The notes below the pieces were generated by a model, which saw only the letters and a list, made by a program, of their open reading frames with translations, had not been told where the DNA came from and did not search any database. Made by a program: the position numbers and the translations under genes. A DNA stretch of 64,000 nucleotides from an uncultured Chloroflexia bacterium. Its GTDB lineage: Bacteria; Chloroflexota; Limnocylindria; Limnocylindrales; CSP1-4. The stretch covers positions 387,217 through 451,216 of the forward strand of contig CAVQKK010000005.1 of the NCBI GenBank assembly GCA_963713095.1. Direction: 5' to 3'. Below, in pieces: positions 19,930 through 29,136 of this stretch (its first letter is position 1; each line of letters begins with the position of its first letter).

Positions 19930-20006
19930 GGTGGCCTTAGCTCAATCGGCAGAGCACTGGATTGTGGCTCCAGAGGTTACGGGTTCGAGCCCCGTAGGCC
20001 ACCCCA
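19930..20006 (+). tRNA. tRNA-His (anticodon GTG) with G-1 and encoded CCA
   Basis: Manual cloverleaf: G-1, acceptor GTGGCCT/AGGCCAC, D-arm GCTC..GAGC, anticodon stem CTGGA/TCCAG loop TTGTGGC (GTG), T-arm ACGGG TTCGAGC CCCGT, C73, CCA. Confidence 0.85.
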
Positions 20007-20069
20007 CCGCCCGTGCTCGTCCGGGCCGGCTCGGCGCGACCCGCCTTGGCGGGATGCGGCGCCCCGACC

Positions 20070-21191
20070 CTATCGAGGCGCGCCGAGCCGGAGCCGGGCT
20101 GTCCGGCCGAGGAAGCGGGCATAGGCTGCAGCGGCCAGCTCGATCCCATCGGCCGCGGTGCGCGACAACGGCTCGAAGGGGGCCGCCTCGACCGCGACCT
20201 CGCGTGTGCTGACCCGGCGGCTCCACGTGCCCACGACCTCACCGTCGACGACGATGGTCGGCCTGAACATGCCGTTGCCGCCGGGGACGATCGCGTCGCT
20301 ATGCTCGGACGCGAGTGCCGCCGACCGGTCGCCGTACCCCAGCAGGTACTCGTCGAACCCGGGCAGCAACAGCACGCGACCCGGCCGGCTCGCGGTGGTC
20401 GCGTCGAGCGCCTCTGGTGCCAGGTGGTACGGGCGTCCGTCGACCTCGATGGTCGCCAGCCGGGTCCCGCACAGGTCGAGGGCGTGCCGAACCTCGCGGA
20501 CGGTGAGGCCGGACCAGCGCGCGAGGTCGGCGACGGTGGCCGGCCCGTGGCTGCGGAAGTAGCGGAGCGCGAGCTCGCCCAGCGCCTCCTCCCGGTCGAG
20601 ACGCCGCAGGTCGGGGATCCAGGCATCGAGGCGCACGAACGTCTGCTGCCGGCCCGCCGACGGCCCCAGCACGAGCGTCCCCGTCTGGGCGAGGTGCCAC
20701 AGGATGTGGTAGCCCCGCTGACCACCGGTCGGGACCCCACCGGCCTCGATGGCCGCCAGCAGGGCGGTGCGCGTCAGGCCCTGGTGGCCGGGCAGGGCGC
20801 GGACGGCGATCTCGCGGGCGCGCTCCGTATCCGACGCCGTGATCCCGAGCTCGGCTCGCCGTTGCGCGACCGAGGTCAGCGCACGAGCAGCCGTGAGATC
20901 GAGCATCCAGCGCAGGTCCTGTGCCCGGATCAGATGAAGCGTGCCGCGCATCGGCCAGGAGCGGACGATCTCGCCGCGATCGAAGGCGTCCGTGACCGCC
21001 GATTCCGCACCGCCACCGAGGCGGACGCCGACGGACCACCGCACGCCGGGCAGATCCTGCCCCTGCATCGCGAGCATCCAGCCAACGGCCTCGCCCGGTG
21101 ACGCGGCTCCGGCTGATCCGAGGCGCTGGGCAGCCAGCCGGAGGGTGGTCAGGCGGCGACGGCTGTCCGTGTAGCTTGATCGGGCGGCCAC
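20070..21191 (-). CDS. winged-helix DNA-binding domain protein (AlkZ/YcaQ-like, DUF1006-like)
   Basis: 373 aa; general similarity to winged-helix crosslink-repair glycosylase family (…LHLIRAQDLRWMLDL…, …YHILWHLAQTG…); overlapping ORF 19937..20740 rejected. Confidence 0.55.
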   Translation of the reverse strand: MAARSSYTDSRRRLTTLRLAAQRLGSAGAASPGEAVGWMLAMQGQDLPGVRWSVGVRLGGGAESAVTDAFDRGEIVRSWPMRGTLHLIRAQDLRWMLDLTAARALTSVAQRRAELGITASDTERAREIAVRALPGHQGLTRTALLAAIEAGGVPTGGQRGYHILWHLAQTGTLVLGPSAGRQQTFVRLDAWIPDLRRLDREEALGELALRYFRSHGPATVADLARWSGLTVREVRHALDLCGTRLATIEVDGRPYHLAPEALDATTASRPGRVLLLPGFDEYLLGYGDRSAALASEHSDAIVPGGNGMFRPTIVVDGEVVGTWSRRVSTREVAVEAAPFEPLSRTAADGIELAAAAYARFLGRTARLRLGAPR

Positions 21192-21220
21192 CCGGCAAGT
21201 ATCGCGGGCGGGAGGATGAG

Positions 21221-21298
21221 ATGCCGCGCGTCTTCACGCCAGTCGTTGGGTTCCGTCAGCGGGTCAGAGAGCGCGCCGTGAGTGCCTCGTCCGGGTGA
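21221..21298 (+). CDS. putative 25-aa upstream ORF / leader peptide coupled to bgl
   Basis: GGGAGGA 4 nt upstream of ATG 21221; MPRVFTPVVGFRQRVRERAVSASSG; TGA overlaps bgl ATG (TGATG). Confidence 0.25.
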   Translation: MPRVFTPVVGFRQRVRERAVSASSG

Positions 21299-22800
21299 TG
21301 GTCGTCCATGAATCGGATATGCCCTTGAGGTCGGTGCTCCGGCCCGGCGCTCGGCTGTTGGCCCTGCTGGCAGACGATCGGAGCGTCGGCAAGGTCCATC
21401 GCGGCGGCGGGGTGTTCGGAGCGTACGATCCGCGGGTGAGTACCCTGCCCGCGTTCGACACCGATCCAGCCCGGCTCGCCCGTCCATTTCCGGCTGACTT
21501 CGCCTGGGGCTTCGCGGCCTCCGCCTACCAGATCGAGGGAGCGGCGGCCGAGGACGGCCGGGGGCCGTCGATCTGGGACACCTTCGCCCGCCGGCCCGGC
21601 GCCATCGCCGATGGCAGCACGGGCGACCTCGCCTGCGACCACTACCACCGCTACCCAGAGGATGTCCGGCTGATGGCCGATCTGGGGGCCCGCGCATATC
21701 GCTTCAGCATCAGCTGGTCGCGTGTTCTGCCGATGGGGACCGGCGCCATCAACCAGCCCGGCCTCGACTTCTACGAGCGCCTCGTCGACGCCCTCCTCCG
21801 CGCCGGTGTCGAACCCCTGATCAACCTTTTCCACTGGGACCTGCCGCAGGCACTGCAGGACCGGGGCGGATTCGCCAACCCTGAGGTGGTGGGCTGGTTC
21901 ACTGACTACACCGCGCTGCTCGCGTCGAGATTGGGCGACCGTGTCAAGGACTGGATGACGTTCAATGAGCCGGCCGTCTTTGCGTTCCTCGGCCATGCCG
22001 ACGGCGGTCATGCGCCGGGGCTGCGCGACTGGCCCACCGCGATCCGGGTGGCTGACAACCAGCTGCGCGCTCATGCTGGTGCCACCCAGGCGATCCGCGC
22101 GCTGATCCACAACGCGAGAGTCGGTGTGGCGATCGACGTCAACCAGGTCGCACCGGCGACTGGTTCGGAGCGCGATCGAGTCGCCGCCGACAGGTGGAGC
22201 TCCGCTCGCGACGCGTGGTTCCTCGACCCGCTGTTCGGCCGTGGCTACCCGGCGCTGGGACTCGACGCCCACCGCGAGGCGGGCCACCTCGAAGGCGTCG
22301 ACCTCGCCGAGCCGCCGGCCGGCGACCTCGATTACCTGGGCCTGAACTACTACCGGCGCGACTCGGTCAGCGCCAATTCGGACCGGGCATTCGACTGGGA
22401 GATCGGCGCAGCACCGGGCTCGGAGCGGACGCAGATGGGCTGGCACGTCGCGTCCTCCGGTTTGCGCGATGTCCTGCTCGAGCTCAACCGGACCTACGCA
22501 CCGCCCGAGATCGTGGTCACGGAGAACGGCGCCGCGTACCCCGATGTCGTCGATCGGGACGGGCAGGTGCGCGACGGGAACCGGATCGGCTACCTGGCAC
22601 GCCACGTCGCAGCGGCTGCCGACGCGCTTCGCGCCGGCGTCCCGCTGACGGGGTACTTCGTCTGGTCGCTGCTCGACAACTACGAGTGGAGCTTTGGCTA
22701 CTCGCGCCGGTTCGGCCTGGTCCACGTCGACTTCGGCAACCAACGCCGCACGCGCAAGGACAGCGCGAGCTGGTATCAGCGACTCGTTGCCCGAGGATAG
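21298..22800 (+). CDS. bglB: GH1 beta-glucosidase
   Basis: FPADFAWGFAASAYQIEG, LGARAYRFSISWSRVLP, TFNEP, ITENGAAY catalytic motifs; start uncertain (GTG 21295 / ATG 21298 / ATG 21319 / GTG 21436). Confidence 0.85.
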   Translation: MVVHESDMPLRSVLRPGARLLALLADDRSVGKVHRGGGVFGAYDPRVSTLPAFDTDPARLARPFPADFAWGFAASAYQIEGAAAEDGRGPSIWDTFARRPGAIADGSTGDLACDHYHRYPEDVRLMADLGARAYRFSISWSRVLPMGTGAINQPGLDFYERLVDALLRAGVEPLINLFHWDLPQALQDRGGFANPEVVGWFTDYTALLASRLGDRVKDWMTFNEPAVFAFLGHADGGHAPGLRDWPTAIRVADNQLRAHAGATQAIRALIHNARVGVAIDVNQVAPATGSERDRVAADRWSSARDAWFLDPLFGRGYPALGLDAHREAGHLEGVDLAEPPAGDLDYLGLNYYRRDSVSANSDRAFDWEIGAAPGSERTQMGWHVASSGLRDVLLELNRTYAPPEIVVTENGAAYPDVVDRDGQVRDGNRIGYLARHVAAAADALRAGVPLTGYFVWSLLDNYEWSFGYSRRFGLVHVDFGNQRRTRKDSASWYQRLVARG

Positions 22801-22817
22801 GTCTCCCGCTCGTCCGG

Positions 22818-24398
22818 TCAGCCAGATGCCGCGAGGCCGTGACCTCGTGGATACAGCCCGGCGATCTCGACGGGCAGCCGCCCGACGAACGGTGCCTCGC
22901 CAAGCAGCGCGGCCGCCAGCGCCTCCATCGACGGCGGCAGGATGCCGTAGCTGCAGACATGGGTTCGGGCGGACGGGTAAGCGAGCAGGTCCCACGGCGT
23001 GCGCAGGGCGACGGTGACGGTCGGCTTGCCGGACGCCAGGACCGCCGCGGCCAGCACCGCCTGCGCCGGCTGGAGGTGCGCGGCGAACGTCCCGACGACG
23101 ACGAGGTCGAAGGTTGCGAGCCGCTCGCCCAGGCCTGCGATGTCAGCCTCGCCTGGCGCCGCCGGCAGGAGGATCTCCTCCACGCCCGCGAGCCGGCGGC
23201 GGAGCGCCGACGCCAGCGTCGGCGGCACCGTCGAGGACGTGTCGGCCGGCGTCAGGTCGGCGGGCATCGACTGGACGACCGCGATGCGCGCGTCGGCGGC
23301 CGGCTTCAACGGCACCAGCCGGTCGTCGTTGCGGACGAGGGTGATCGAACGTTGGGCCAGCTCGGCGGCGAGCGCCTGGTGTTCGCCGCACCCCACGATG
23401 TCGAGCGGCGGCTGCTCGTAGCGTCCCAGCCAGCGGCGCAGCTCGCCCAGCCGGCGCTTCGCCCCAGCGTCGTCGCCGGCATCGAACAGGCCTCGCCGCT
23501 GCGCCTGTGCAAGGCCTTCCTCCAGCCGTTCCAGCGCTGATTCGTCGGCCGTGCCGAGCAGCACGTCCTCGCCGGCACGGAGGGCGGCGATGGCATCGAC
23601 GATCTGCGCCGATCCCTGGGCCAGGGCGCGCATGTCCAGGGCATCGGTGATGGTCACGCCGTCGAACCCCAGCTGCTCGCGCAGCAGGTCGCGCAGTACC
23701 TCGGCGGACAGGCTGGTCGGCAGCTCGTCGCTCTGACCGGCGAGCGCGAAATGGCCGGTCATGACGAGCCTTGCCCCCGCCTTCAGCGCCGCTCGGAACG
23801 GGACCAGCTCCCGCTCTGCCAGCTGCGCGTTCGTGCGGCGCACCAGTGGCAGCTCGTGGTGCGGATCCGCTGCCGTGTCGCCCGCGCCCGGGAAGTGCTT
23901 GGCCGTCGCGGCCACGCCCGCGTCCTGCAGGCCACGGACGGTCGCCGCCGCGAGCCTGCCGACGGCTTCGGGATCGTCGCCGAAGCTGCGGATTCCGAGC
24001 GCCGGATTGGCCGGATCGCTGGCCACGTCGCACACCGGCGCGTAGTCCACGTTGACCCCCAGGGCACGCAGCTCGTGCGCCGTCGCCCCGGCGACGCGCG
24101 CGGCAAGCGCTTCGTCGCCGGTCGCGCCGAGCGCCATCGCGCCCGCGAACGGCGTCGTCCCAGCGCCCAGGCCGATCAGCTGGCCGCCCTCCTGGTCGGC
24201 GGCAACCATCAGCGATGGTGCTCCGGCCGGCCGAGCCCCCTGGATGGCGGCGGTCAGCCTGCGGATCTGGGGCGGATCGACGATGTTGTGGGCGCGGAAC
24301 AGCGTCACGCCGGCGACGCCTTGTTCGTTGATCCGCCTCGCCGCCGATGGCGGCAGCTCGGTCCCGACGAAGGCGATCATGAGCCGCGCCAGAGTCAC
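22818..24398 (-). CDS. GH3 family glycoside hydrolase (beta-N-acetylhexosaminidase NagZ-like / beta-glucosidase)
   Basis: GTG at 24398 overlapping permease stop (GTGA); GH3 N-domain motifs incl. KHFPGAGDTAADPHHELP; the 5' 260 aa of ORF 22818..25184 is a shadow of the permease gene. Confidence 0.75.
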   Translation of the reverse strand: MTLARLMIAFVGTELPPSAARRINEQGVAGVTLFRAHNIVDPPQIRRLTAAIQGARPAGAPSLMVAADQEGGQLIGLGAGTTPFAGAMALGATGDEALAARVAGATAHELRALGVNVDYAPVCDVASDPANPALGIRSFGDDPEAVGRLAAATVRGLQDAGVAATAKHFPGAGDTAADPHHELPLVRRTNAQLAERELVPFRAALKAGARLVMTGHFALAGQSDELPTSLSAEVLRDLLREQLGFDGVTITDALDMRALAQGSAQIVDAIAALRAGEDVLLGTADESALERLEEGLAQAQRRGLFDAGDDAGAKRRLGELRRWLGRYEQPPLDIVGCGEHQALAAELAQRSITLVRNDDRLVPLKPAADARIAVVQSMPADLTPADTSSTVPPTLASALRRRLAGVEEILLPAAPGEADIAGLGERLATFDLVVVGTFAAHLQPAQAVLAAAVLASGKPTVTVALRTPWDLLAYPSARTHVCSYGILPPSMEALAAALLGEAPFVGRLPVEIAGLYPRGHGLAASG

Positions 24399-25297
24399 GA
24401 CTTGACCGAGCCCGCCAGGATCCCTCTCACGAATGCACGCTGGAGCAGCAGGAAGACCAGCAGCGGCATGGCCATGGTGATGAACGCGCCGGCCGTCAGG
24501 AGCTGCCACTGGCCGCCGCGGCTGCCGAGCAGGGCGAACAGCGCGGTTGGCATGACCCGCAGGTCTGTGGACACACCCAGGAAGGTCAGCGCCACGAGCA
24601 GGTCGTTCCAGACCCACAGGAACTGGAAGATCGCGAAGGCGCCCAGCGCCGGGATGGAAAGCGGCAGCACGAGCCGAATGAAGACCTGCAGGTGCGATGC
24701 TCCGTCGAGGGCGGCCGATTCGAACAGGTCGCGTGGCAGCTGTGAGATGAAGTTGTAGAGCAGGAAGATCGCGAGCGGCAGGCCGAAGCCCGTGTGGGCC
24801 AGCCAGATGCCGATGAACGTGCCGTACAGCGATGCGCCGCTGTAGATCTTGAGGATCGGGATCAGCGACATCTGGATGGGCACCACCAGGAGTCCCACCA
24901 CGATGGTGAACAGGATGCCGCGGCCGCGGAACGGGATCCACGCGAACGCATACGCGGCAAACGCCGCGATCGTGATCGGGATGGCGGTCGCCGGGATGGT
25001 CACGATCAGGCTGTTGAGGAACGCATCCCCCATGCCGCCGCTGGTGATGACCTGCTGGTAGTTCGCCAACGTCCACTGGTCGGGAGCGAACAGGTTGACA
25101 AGCGATGTCCACCAGCCGGAATTGCTGACCAGCTCCGGGTTGCGCACCGACGTCACCAGCAGACCCAGGGTGGGCAGCGTCCACAGGAAGCAGATCACGA
25201 GGACGGTCACTCGCACCGGCAGGCTGCGCAAGAGCGCGGGCCGCCAGTTGGCGACGGGCGCCGTTTGCCGTGCGGCTGGTTGTGCCGGCGCGGTCAT
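24395..25297 (-). CDS. carbohydrate ABC transporter permease (MalG-like)
   Basis: 6 TM, EAA-type loop ESAALDGASHLQVFIRLVLPL; 4-nt overlap with upstream permease. Confidence 0.85.
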   Translation of the reverse strand: MTAPAQPAARQTAPVANWRPALLRSLPVRVTVLVICFLWTLPTLGLLVTSVRNPELVSNSGWWTSLVNLFAPDQWTLANYQQVITSGGMGDAFLNSLIVTIPATAIPITIAAFAAYAFAWIPFRGRGILFTIVVGLLVVPIQMSLIPILKIYSGASLYGTFIGIWLAHTGFGLPLAIFLLYNFISQLPRDLFESAALDGASHLQVFIRLVLPLSIPALGAFAIFQFLWVWNDLLVALTFLGVSTDLRVMPTALFALLGSRGGQWQLLTAGAFITMAMPLLVFLLLQRAFVRGILAGSVKS

Positions 25298-26460
25298 GCT
25301 TCCCTCTGCTGTCGGCGGAAGTTGTGCAGGTTCACGTACATCACGGGCAGGACGCCGACGAACAGCAGCGTTGCCATTGCCGCGGCCCTGCCGTCGTTGA
25401 AGAACTGGAACATCTCGTGGAACATCCGATTGGCCACCACGTCGTCGTGGAAACGGCCGCCCGTCGTCACGTAGACGATGTCGAAGATCTTGAGGGTGAC
25501 GATGGCGATTGTCGTGGTGACCGTGATGATGGAGCCACGGATCGAGGGCACGATGACCTGAAAGAAGACCTGGCGCTCACCGGCCCCATCGAGTCGAGCG
25601 GCCTCGATGATCTCGGTCGAGACGCCCTTGATCGCGGCCGAGAGCACGACCATCGCGAAGCCCGTCTGCAGCCAGATCATGATCACGATCTCGGCGGGGA
25701 TGTTGAGCGGGCTGGTCGTGAACCAGGGAATGGCCTGCCCGCCCAGCCCCACGATGATCGCGTTCAGGAGCCCGATCTGGGGTTGCTGGGCCGGCTCCCA
25801 GGCGTACATGAACCCCCAGATGACGGATGCACCGATGAGCGAGATCGCCAGCGGCAGAAAGACGAACGTCTTGGCCAGCGCCTCGCGCCGGACACGGTCG
25901 AAGAGGCCGGCAATGACGAGACCGAGGCCCACGCTGCCGGCCGTTGCCACGATCAGCCAGATCACGTTGTTGCGCAGGATCTCGATGAAGTCAGGCTTTG
26001 TCATCGCGTTGTAGTTGTCGAGCGTGAGCGCTCCGTGGCTGTCGAAGAAGCTGCGCGCGACCGTCGCCACGCCCGGATACAGCAGGTACACCGTCAGCAG
26101 GATCAGCGCCGGGCCGACGAACACCCATGGCAGGATCCGGTCGCGCCACAGCGGGCGCAGCCTGCCGACCAGCGTTCCCAGACCGACGAACAGCAGCCAG
26201 ATGCCACCCACGCCGACGGCCATGGCGACGATCGCCAGGATGATCTTGGCGAACGCCTGGTCACCCTGGCCGTTGCGCAGCTCCGTCGCGCCAGACGGGT
26301 TACCCAGCGCGTCGTAGATCGACGCGAGCAGCTTCTGACCACCGTGGGGTTCGAGTAGGACGAGGATGCCGGCGATGCACAGCACCAGGCCGATGAGGCC
26401 GGCGACGGGCAGCACAAATCGCGACAGCCCGGGTTGCTCGGAATCGGCGGCGACCGTCAT
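25294..26460 (-). CDS. carbohydrate ABC transporter permease (MalF-like, N-terminal extension)
   Basis: EAARLDGAGERQVFFQVIVP loop; multiple TM. Confidence 0.85.
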   Translation of the reverse strand: MTVAADSEQPGLSRFVLPVAGLIGLVLCIAGILVLLEPHGGQKLLASIYDALGNPSGATELRNGQGDQAFAKIILAIVAMAVGVGGIWLLFVGLGTLVGRLRPLWRDRILPWVFVGPALILLTVYLLYPGVATVARSFFDSHGALTLDNYNAMTKPDFIEILRNNVIWLIVATAGSVGLGLVIAGLFDRVRREALAKTFVFLPLAISLIGASVIWGFMYAWEPAQQPQIGLLNAIIVGLGGQAIPWFTTSPLNIPAEIVIMIWLQTGFAMVVLSAAIKGVSTEIIEAARLDGAGERQVFFQVIVPSIRGSIITVTTTIAIVTLKIFDIVYVTTGGRFHDDVVANRMFHEMFQFFNDGRAAAMATLLFVGVLPVMYVNLHNFRRQQREA

Positions 26461-26537
26461 CAGCCCTCCTCCCTGCGGATACTAACGGGGCGCGCCCACC
26501 CGGTGTGGGTGGGCGCGCCCCGTTCAGCTCTAGGACG

Positions 26538-28025
26538 TCACTGGCTGGGCCAGCTGTCGTCGATTGCCTTCAGGACGGCATCCGTGTTGGTGCCGTTGTT
26601 GTTCACCCAATCGACGCTCTGGGTCCAGAACGTGCCGGCGCCGACGGCACCGGGCATCAGGTCCGAAGCATCAAAGCCGATGCCGGCCGCCTTGTTGACG
26701 ATGTCCGAGGCGACCGTCAGCTTGTAGGAACCGGCGTACCAGTCGGCCGGGGTCGAGGTGTTGGTGGAGATCGCGCTTCCCGCGAGGATCCAGTTCTCGA
26801 GGCCTTCCGGCGTGGCCAGGAACTCGGCAACCGCCCGGACCTCGGGTCGGTCGTTGAGCATCATCATGGTGTCAGCCGAGCCCTCGGCGTTGTTCTGGGT
26901 GGGATCGATCGTCGGGAACGGGAAGATCCCCACGTCGGTGCCGACGATGTACTTGGACGGCTGCCCGCTGTCCCGCTGATCCGGGAAGAAGTCGGGCCCG
27001 TACCAGGTCGGGACCTTCTGCATCCAGCAGTTCGGTGCCTGCAGGTCCTGGTTGAACATGGGATCCATGGTGGTCTTCTGGTCGGTGTTGATGATCGCCG
27101 TCGGGCCGCCATAGACGTACTTGTCGGTGAAGAAGATCTTGCCCACGTAGTCGTCGAAGGCGGCCTTGATGCCCGGGTCCTCGAACGTGACCGTGTGGTT
27201 GATCCAGTTGTTGTAGTAGTCGAGGCCCTTGGTCTTGAGGACCACTTCCTCGATCCAGTCGGTGATCTGCCAGCCGGTCGCGTCGCCGGGACCGCCAGCG
27301 CTGATGCACCACGGGTTGCTTCCGTCGGCCACGATCTTGTCGGACAGGGCGATCAGGTCATCCCATGTCGCCGGCACCTGGTAACCCTTGGCCTCGAAGG
27401 CCTTGATCGGATACCAGATCGTCGACTTGACGTCGGCCTTGTAGGGGATGCCCCAGATCTTGCCGTTCTGCGTCACCAGGCCGATGGTGGCCGGATGCTC
27501 GCTGCTCAGCTTGTTGGCATCCATGAACGTGGCCAGATCGATGACCTTGCCCTCGGCCGCGTAGGCGAGGACCGGCGTCGGCTGCGCAAGCTGCGCGATG
27601 TCCGGCGGGGAGCCACCCTCGATCCGGCTCTTCAGCACCGTCTCGTGGCTCGAGGGGACGCTGTCAACCTGGATGTTGATGCCCGAGGCCTTGGCGTAGT
27701 CAGCCACCGAGGCCTGGAAGTTGGCGAGCTCACCGCCGGTCCACTGCACCTGGATGTCGACAGTCTTGCCGGCCATCGGCTGGTCGGAGCCGAGCGACTG
27801 GTCAAGCTCCGTGTAGCCGGTTGGCACGGTTGGCACAGCTGCCGACGGCATGGCCGAAGCCTCTGCGCTCGGGGCAGCAGATGCACTCGCCGCGGCAGAT
27901 TCAGCTGGCGTGGCGGTCGGAGCCGGCGTGGCGGGCGGTGACGGCGTGGCGCTGTTCCCGCAGGCGCCGGCCAGCAGCATGGCCGCGAACGCAAGAGCGG
28001 ACGTTGTACGTAGGCTTTTGCTCAC
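26538..28025 (-). CDS. sugar ABC transporter substrate-binding lipoprotein
   Basis: GTG at 28025 five nt after AGGAGG (the ORF-track ATG lies inside the RBS); lipobox LLAGACG; family-1 SBP length and composition. Confidence 0.85.
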   Translation of the reverse strand: MSKSLRTTSALAFAAMLLAGACGNSATPSPPATPAPTATPAESAAASASAAPSAEASAMPSAAVPTVPTGYTELDQSLGSDQPMAGKTVDIQVQWTGGELANFQASVADYAKASGINIQVDSVPSSHETVLKSRIEGGSPPDIAQLAQPTPVLAYAAEGKVIDLATFMDANKLSSEHPATIGLVTQNGKIWGIPYKADVKSTIWYPIKAFEAKGYQVPATWDDLIALSDKIVADGSNPWCISAGGPGDATGWQITDWIEEVVLKTKGLDYYNNWINHTVTFEDPGIKAAFDDYVGKIFFTDKYVYGGPTAIINTDQKTTMDPMFNQDLQAPNCWMQKVPTWYGPDFFPDQRDSGQPSKYIVGTDVGIFPFPTIDPTQNNAEGSADTMMMLNDRPEVRAVAEFLATPEGLENWILAGSAISTNTSTPADWYAGSYKLTVASDIVNKAAGIGFDASDLMPGAVGAGTFWTQSVDWVNNNGTNTDAVLKAIDDSWPSQ

Positions 28026-28040
28026 GAATTCCTCCTCCAA

Positions 28041-28070
28041 AGTGCGATGATCCTGAGTGCGATGATCCTG
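28041..28070. repeat. perfect 15-bp tandem duplication AGTGCGATGATCCTG x2 abutting SBP RBS
   Basis: seen directly: 28041-28055 and 28056-28070 identical; 2 nt from the GGAGGAGG RBS on the coding strand. Confidence 0.9.
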
Positions 28071-28134
28071 GGTGACGAGTGGCTCACCTGGGTCAGCATG
28101 ATGGTCCGCCCGACACCAGTTGCCGCGGTGTGGG

Positions 28135-29136
28135 TTATCGCTTGCTCACCCCCTCTCGCTCCGGCAGACCGATGCGGTGGCGAGCGATCGCTGCCGCCCC
28201 ACGCGCGCTCGGTGCCTCGGTTGGCGACAGCAGCTCGACGGTCGCATGACCCAGGGCAGCCTGGACCAGTGGCGAGGCCGCGCATTCGCGGGCGATGCGC
28301 GATTGGATAGGTTCGAGCAGGGCGGGTCCGGCGCCCGCGACGCCGCCGCCGATGATGACTCGCTTGACGCCGAGGGTCAGGGCGAGCGATCGGATCGCCC
28401 GGGCCAGGTGGTCGGCCACCCTGTCGGTGATCCCAACCGCGACCTCGTCGCCGGCAGCGCTGGCGCGGAAGACATCCGCGGCGCTCGAAGGGGGCGACAG
28501 GACGGAGGTGCGACCGGCAGCGATTGCCTCGTCGGCCTGGCGACCGATCGCCGGGCCGGCGGCGACGGTCTCGAGGCAGCCGCGCAGACCGCATGCGCAG
28601 ACGGCTCCATCCGGGTCGGCGACGACGTGGCCAACCTCGCCGGCGAAGCCGTTGTCGCCGCGAAGGAGCGCCCCGTCGAGAACGATGCCGGCCGAGATCC
28701 CCGTCCCGATCGCCAGGAAGGCGACGCTCGCCGTCGCCTGAGCCGACCCGTCGGCTGCCTGATCGCTCAGCCATAGCGCCGCCGCGCGAGCATCGTGCTC
28801 GACGAAGATCGGTACTCCCAGCTCCGTCCGCAGCATCGCCCCGAGCGACAGGTGGGTGATGCCCAGGTTGACGGCCATGCTGACCGACCCGTCCTTCGGG
28901 TCGACATGGCCGGGGATGGCGACGCCTACCGCGGCTACGTCCTGCCCGAGGCTGCGCCGGGCGTCGTCGACGAGTCCGGCGATCTGGCCAACGAGCGATG
29001 ACAGGTCGGTTGGCGTGACATGCTCGTAGAGGATGCAGTCCCGATCATCGGTGACGACGACCGACGTCTTGGTGCCGCCGACGTCGACACCGGCGACCAG
29101 CGGCCCGTTTCGTCCGTACTCATGGGTCGCGATCAT
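28135..29136 (-). CDS. ROK-family sugar kinase (glucokinase-like)
   Basis: ATG at 29136 overlapping upstream stop (ATGA); LVAGVDVGGTKT, AIGTGISAGIVLDG, CACGLRGCLE zinc motif. Confidence 0.8.
   Translation of the reverse strand: MIATHEYGRNGPLVAGVDVGGTKTSVVVTDDRDCILYEHVTPTDLSSLVGQIAGLVDDARRSLGQDVAAVGVAIPGHVDPKDGSVSMAVNLGITHLSLGAMLRTELGVPIFVEHDARAAALWLSDQAADGSAQATASVAFLAIGTGISAGIVLDGALLRGDNGFAGEVGHVVADPDGAVCACGLRGCLETVAAGPAIGRQADEAIAAGRTSVLSPPSSAADVFRASAAGDEVAVGITDRVADHLARAIRSLALTLGVKRVIIGGGVAGAGPALLEPIQSRIARECAASPLVQAALGHATVELLSPTEAPSARGAAAIARHRIGLPEREGVSKR

Noticed and set aside
19618-20070. Genomic island / integrase at tRNA-His
   Set aside because: No integrase, excisionase or phage-like genes flank the tRNA; the neighbours are CAP-domain and AlkZ-like genes.
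19937-20740. 267-aa ORF overlapping tRNA-His
   Set aside because: It overlaps the tRNA and the antisense of the AlkZ-like gene, and has a biased RG-rich composition.
24399-25184. N-terminal 260-aa extension of the GH3 ORF 22818..25184
   Set aside because: The extension overlaps the MalG-like permease gene in another frame; the GH3 homology and the GTGA-coupled start begin at 24398.
28030-28040. ATG at 28040 (MEEEF...) as the SBP start
   Set aside because: That ATG is embedded in the AGGAGG Shine-Dalgarno itself; the GTG 5 nt downstream gives proper spacing and a clean lipoprotein signal peptide.
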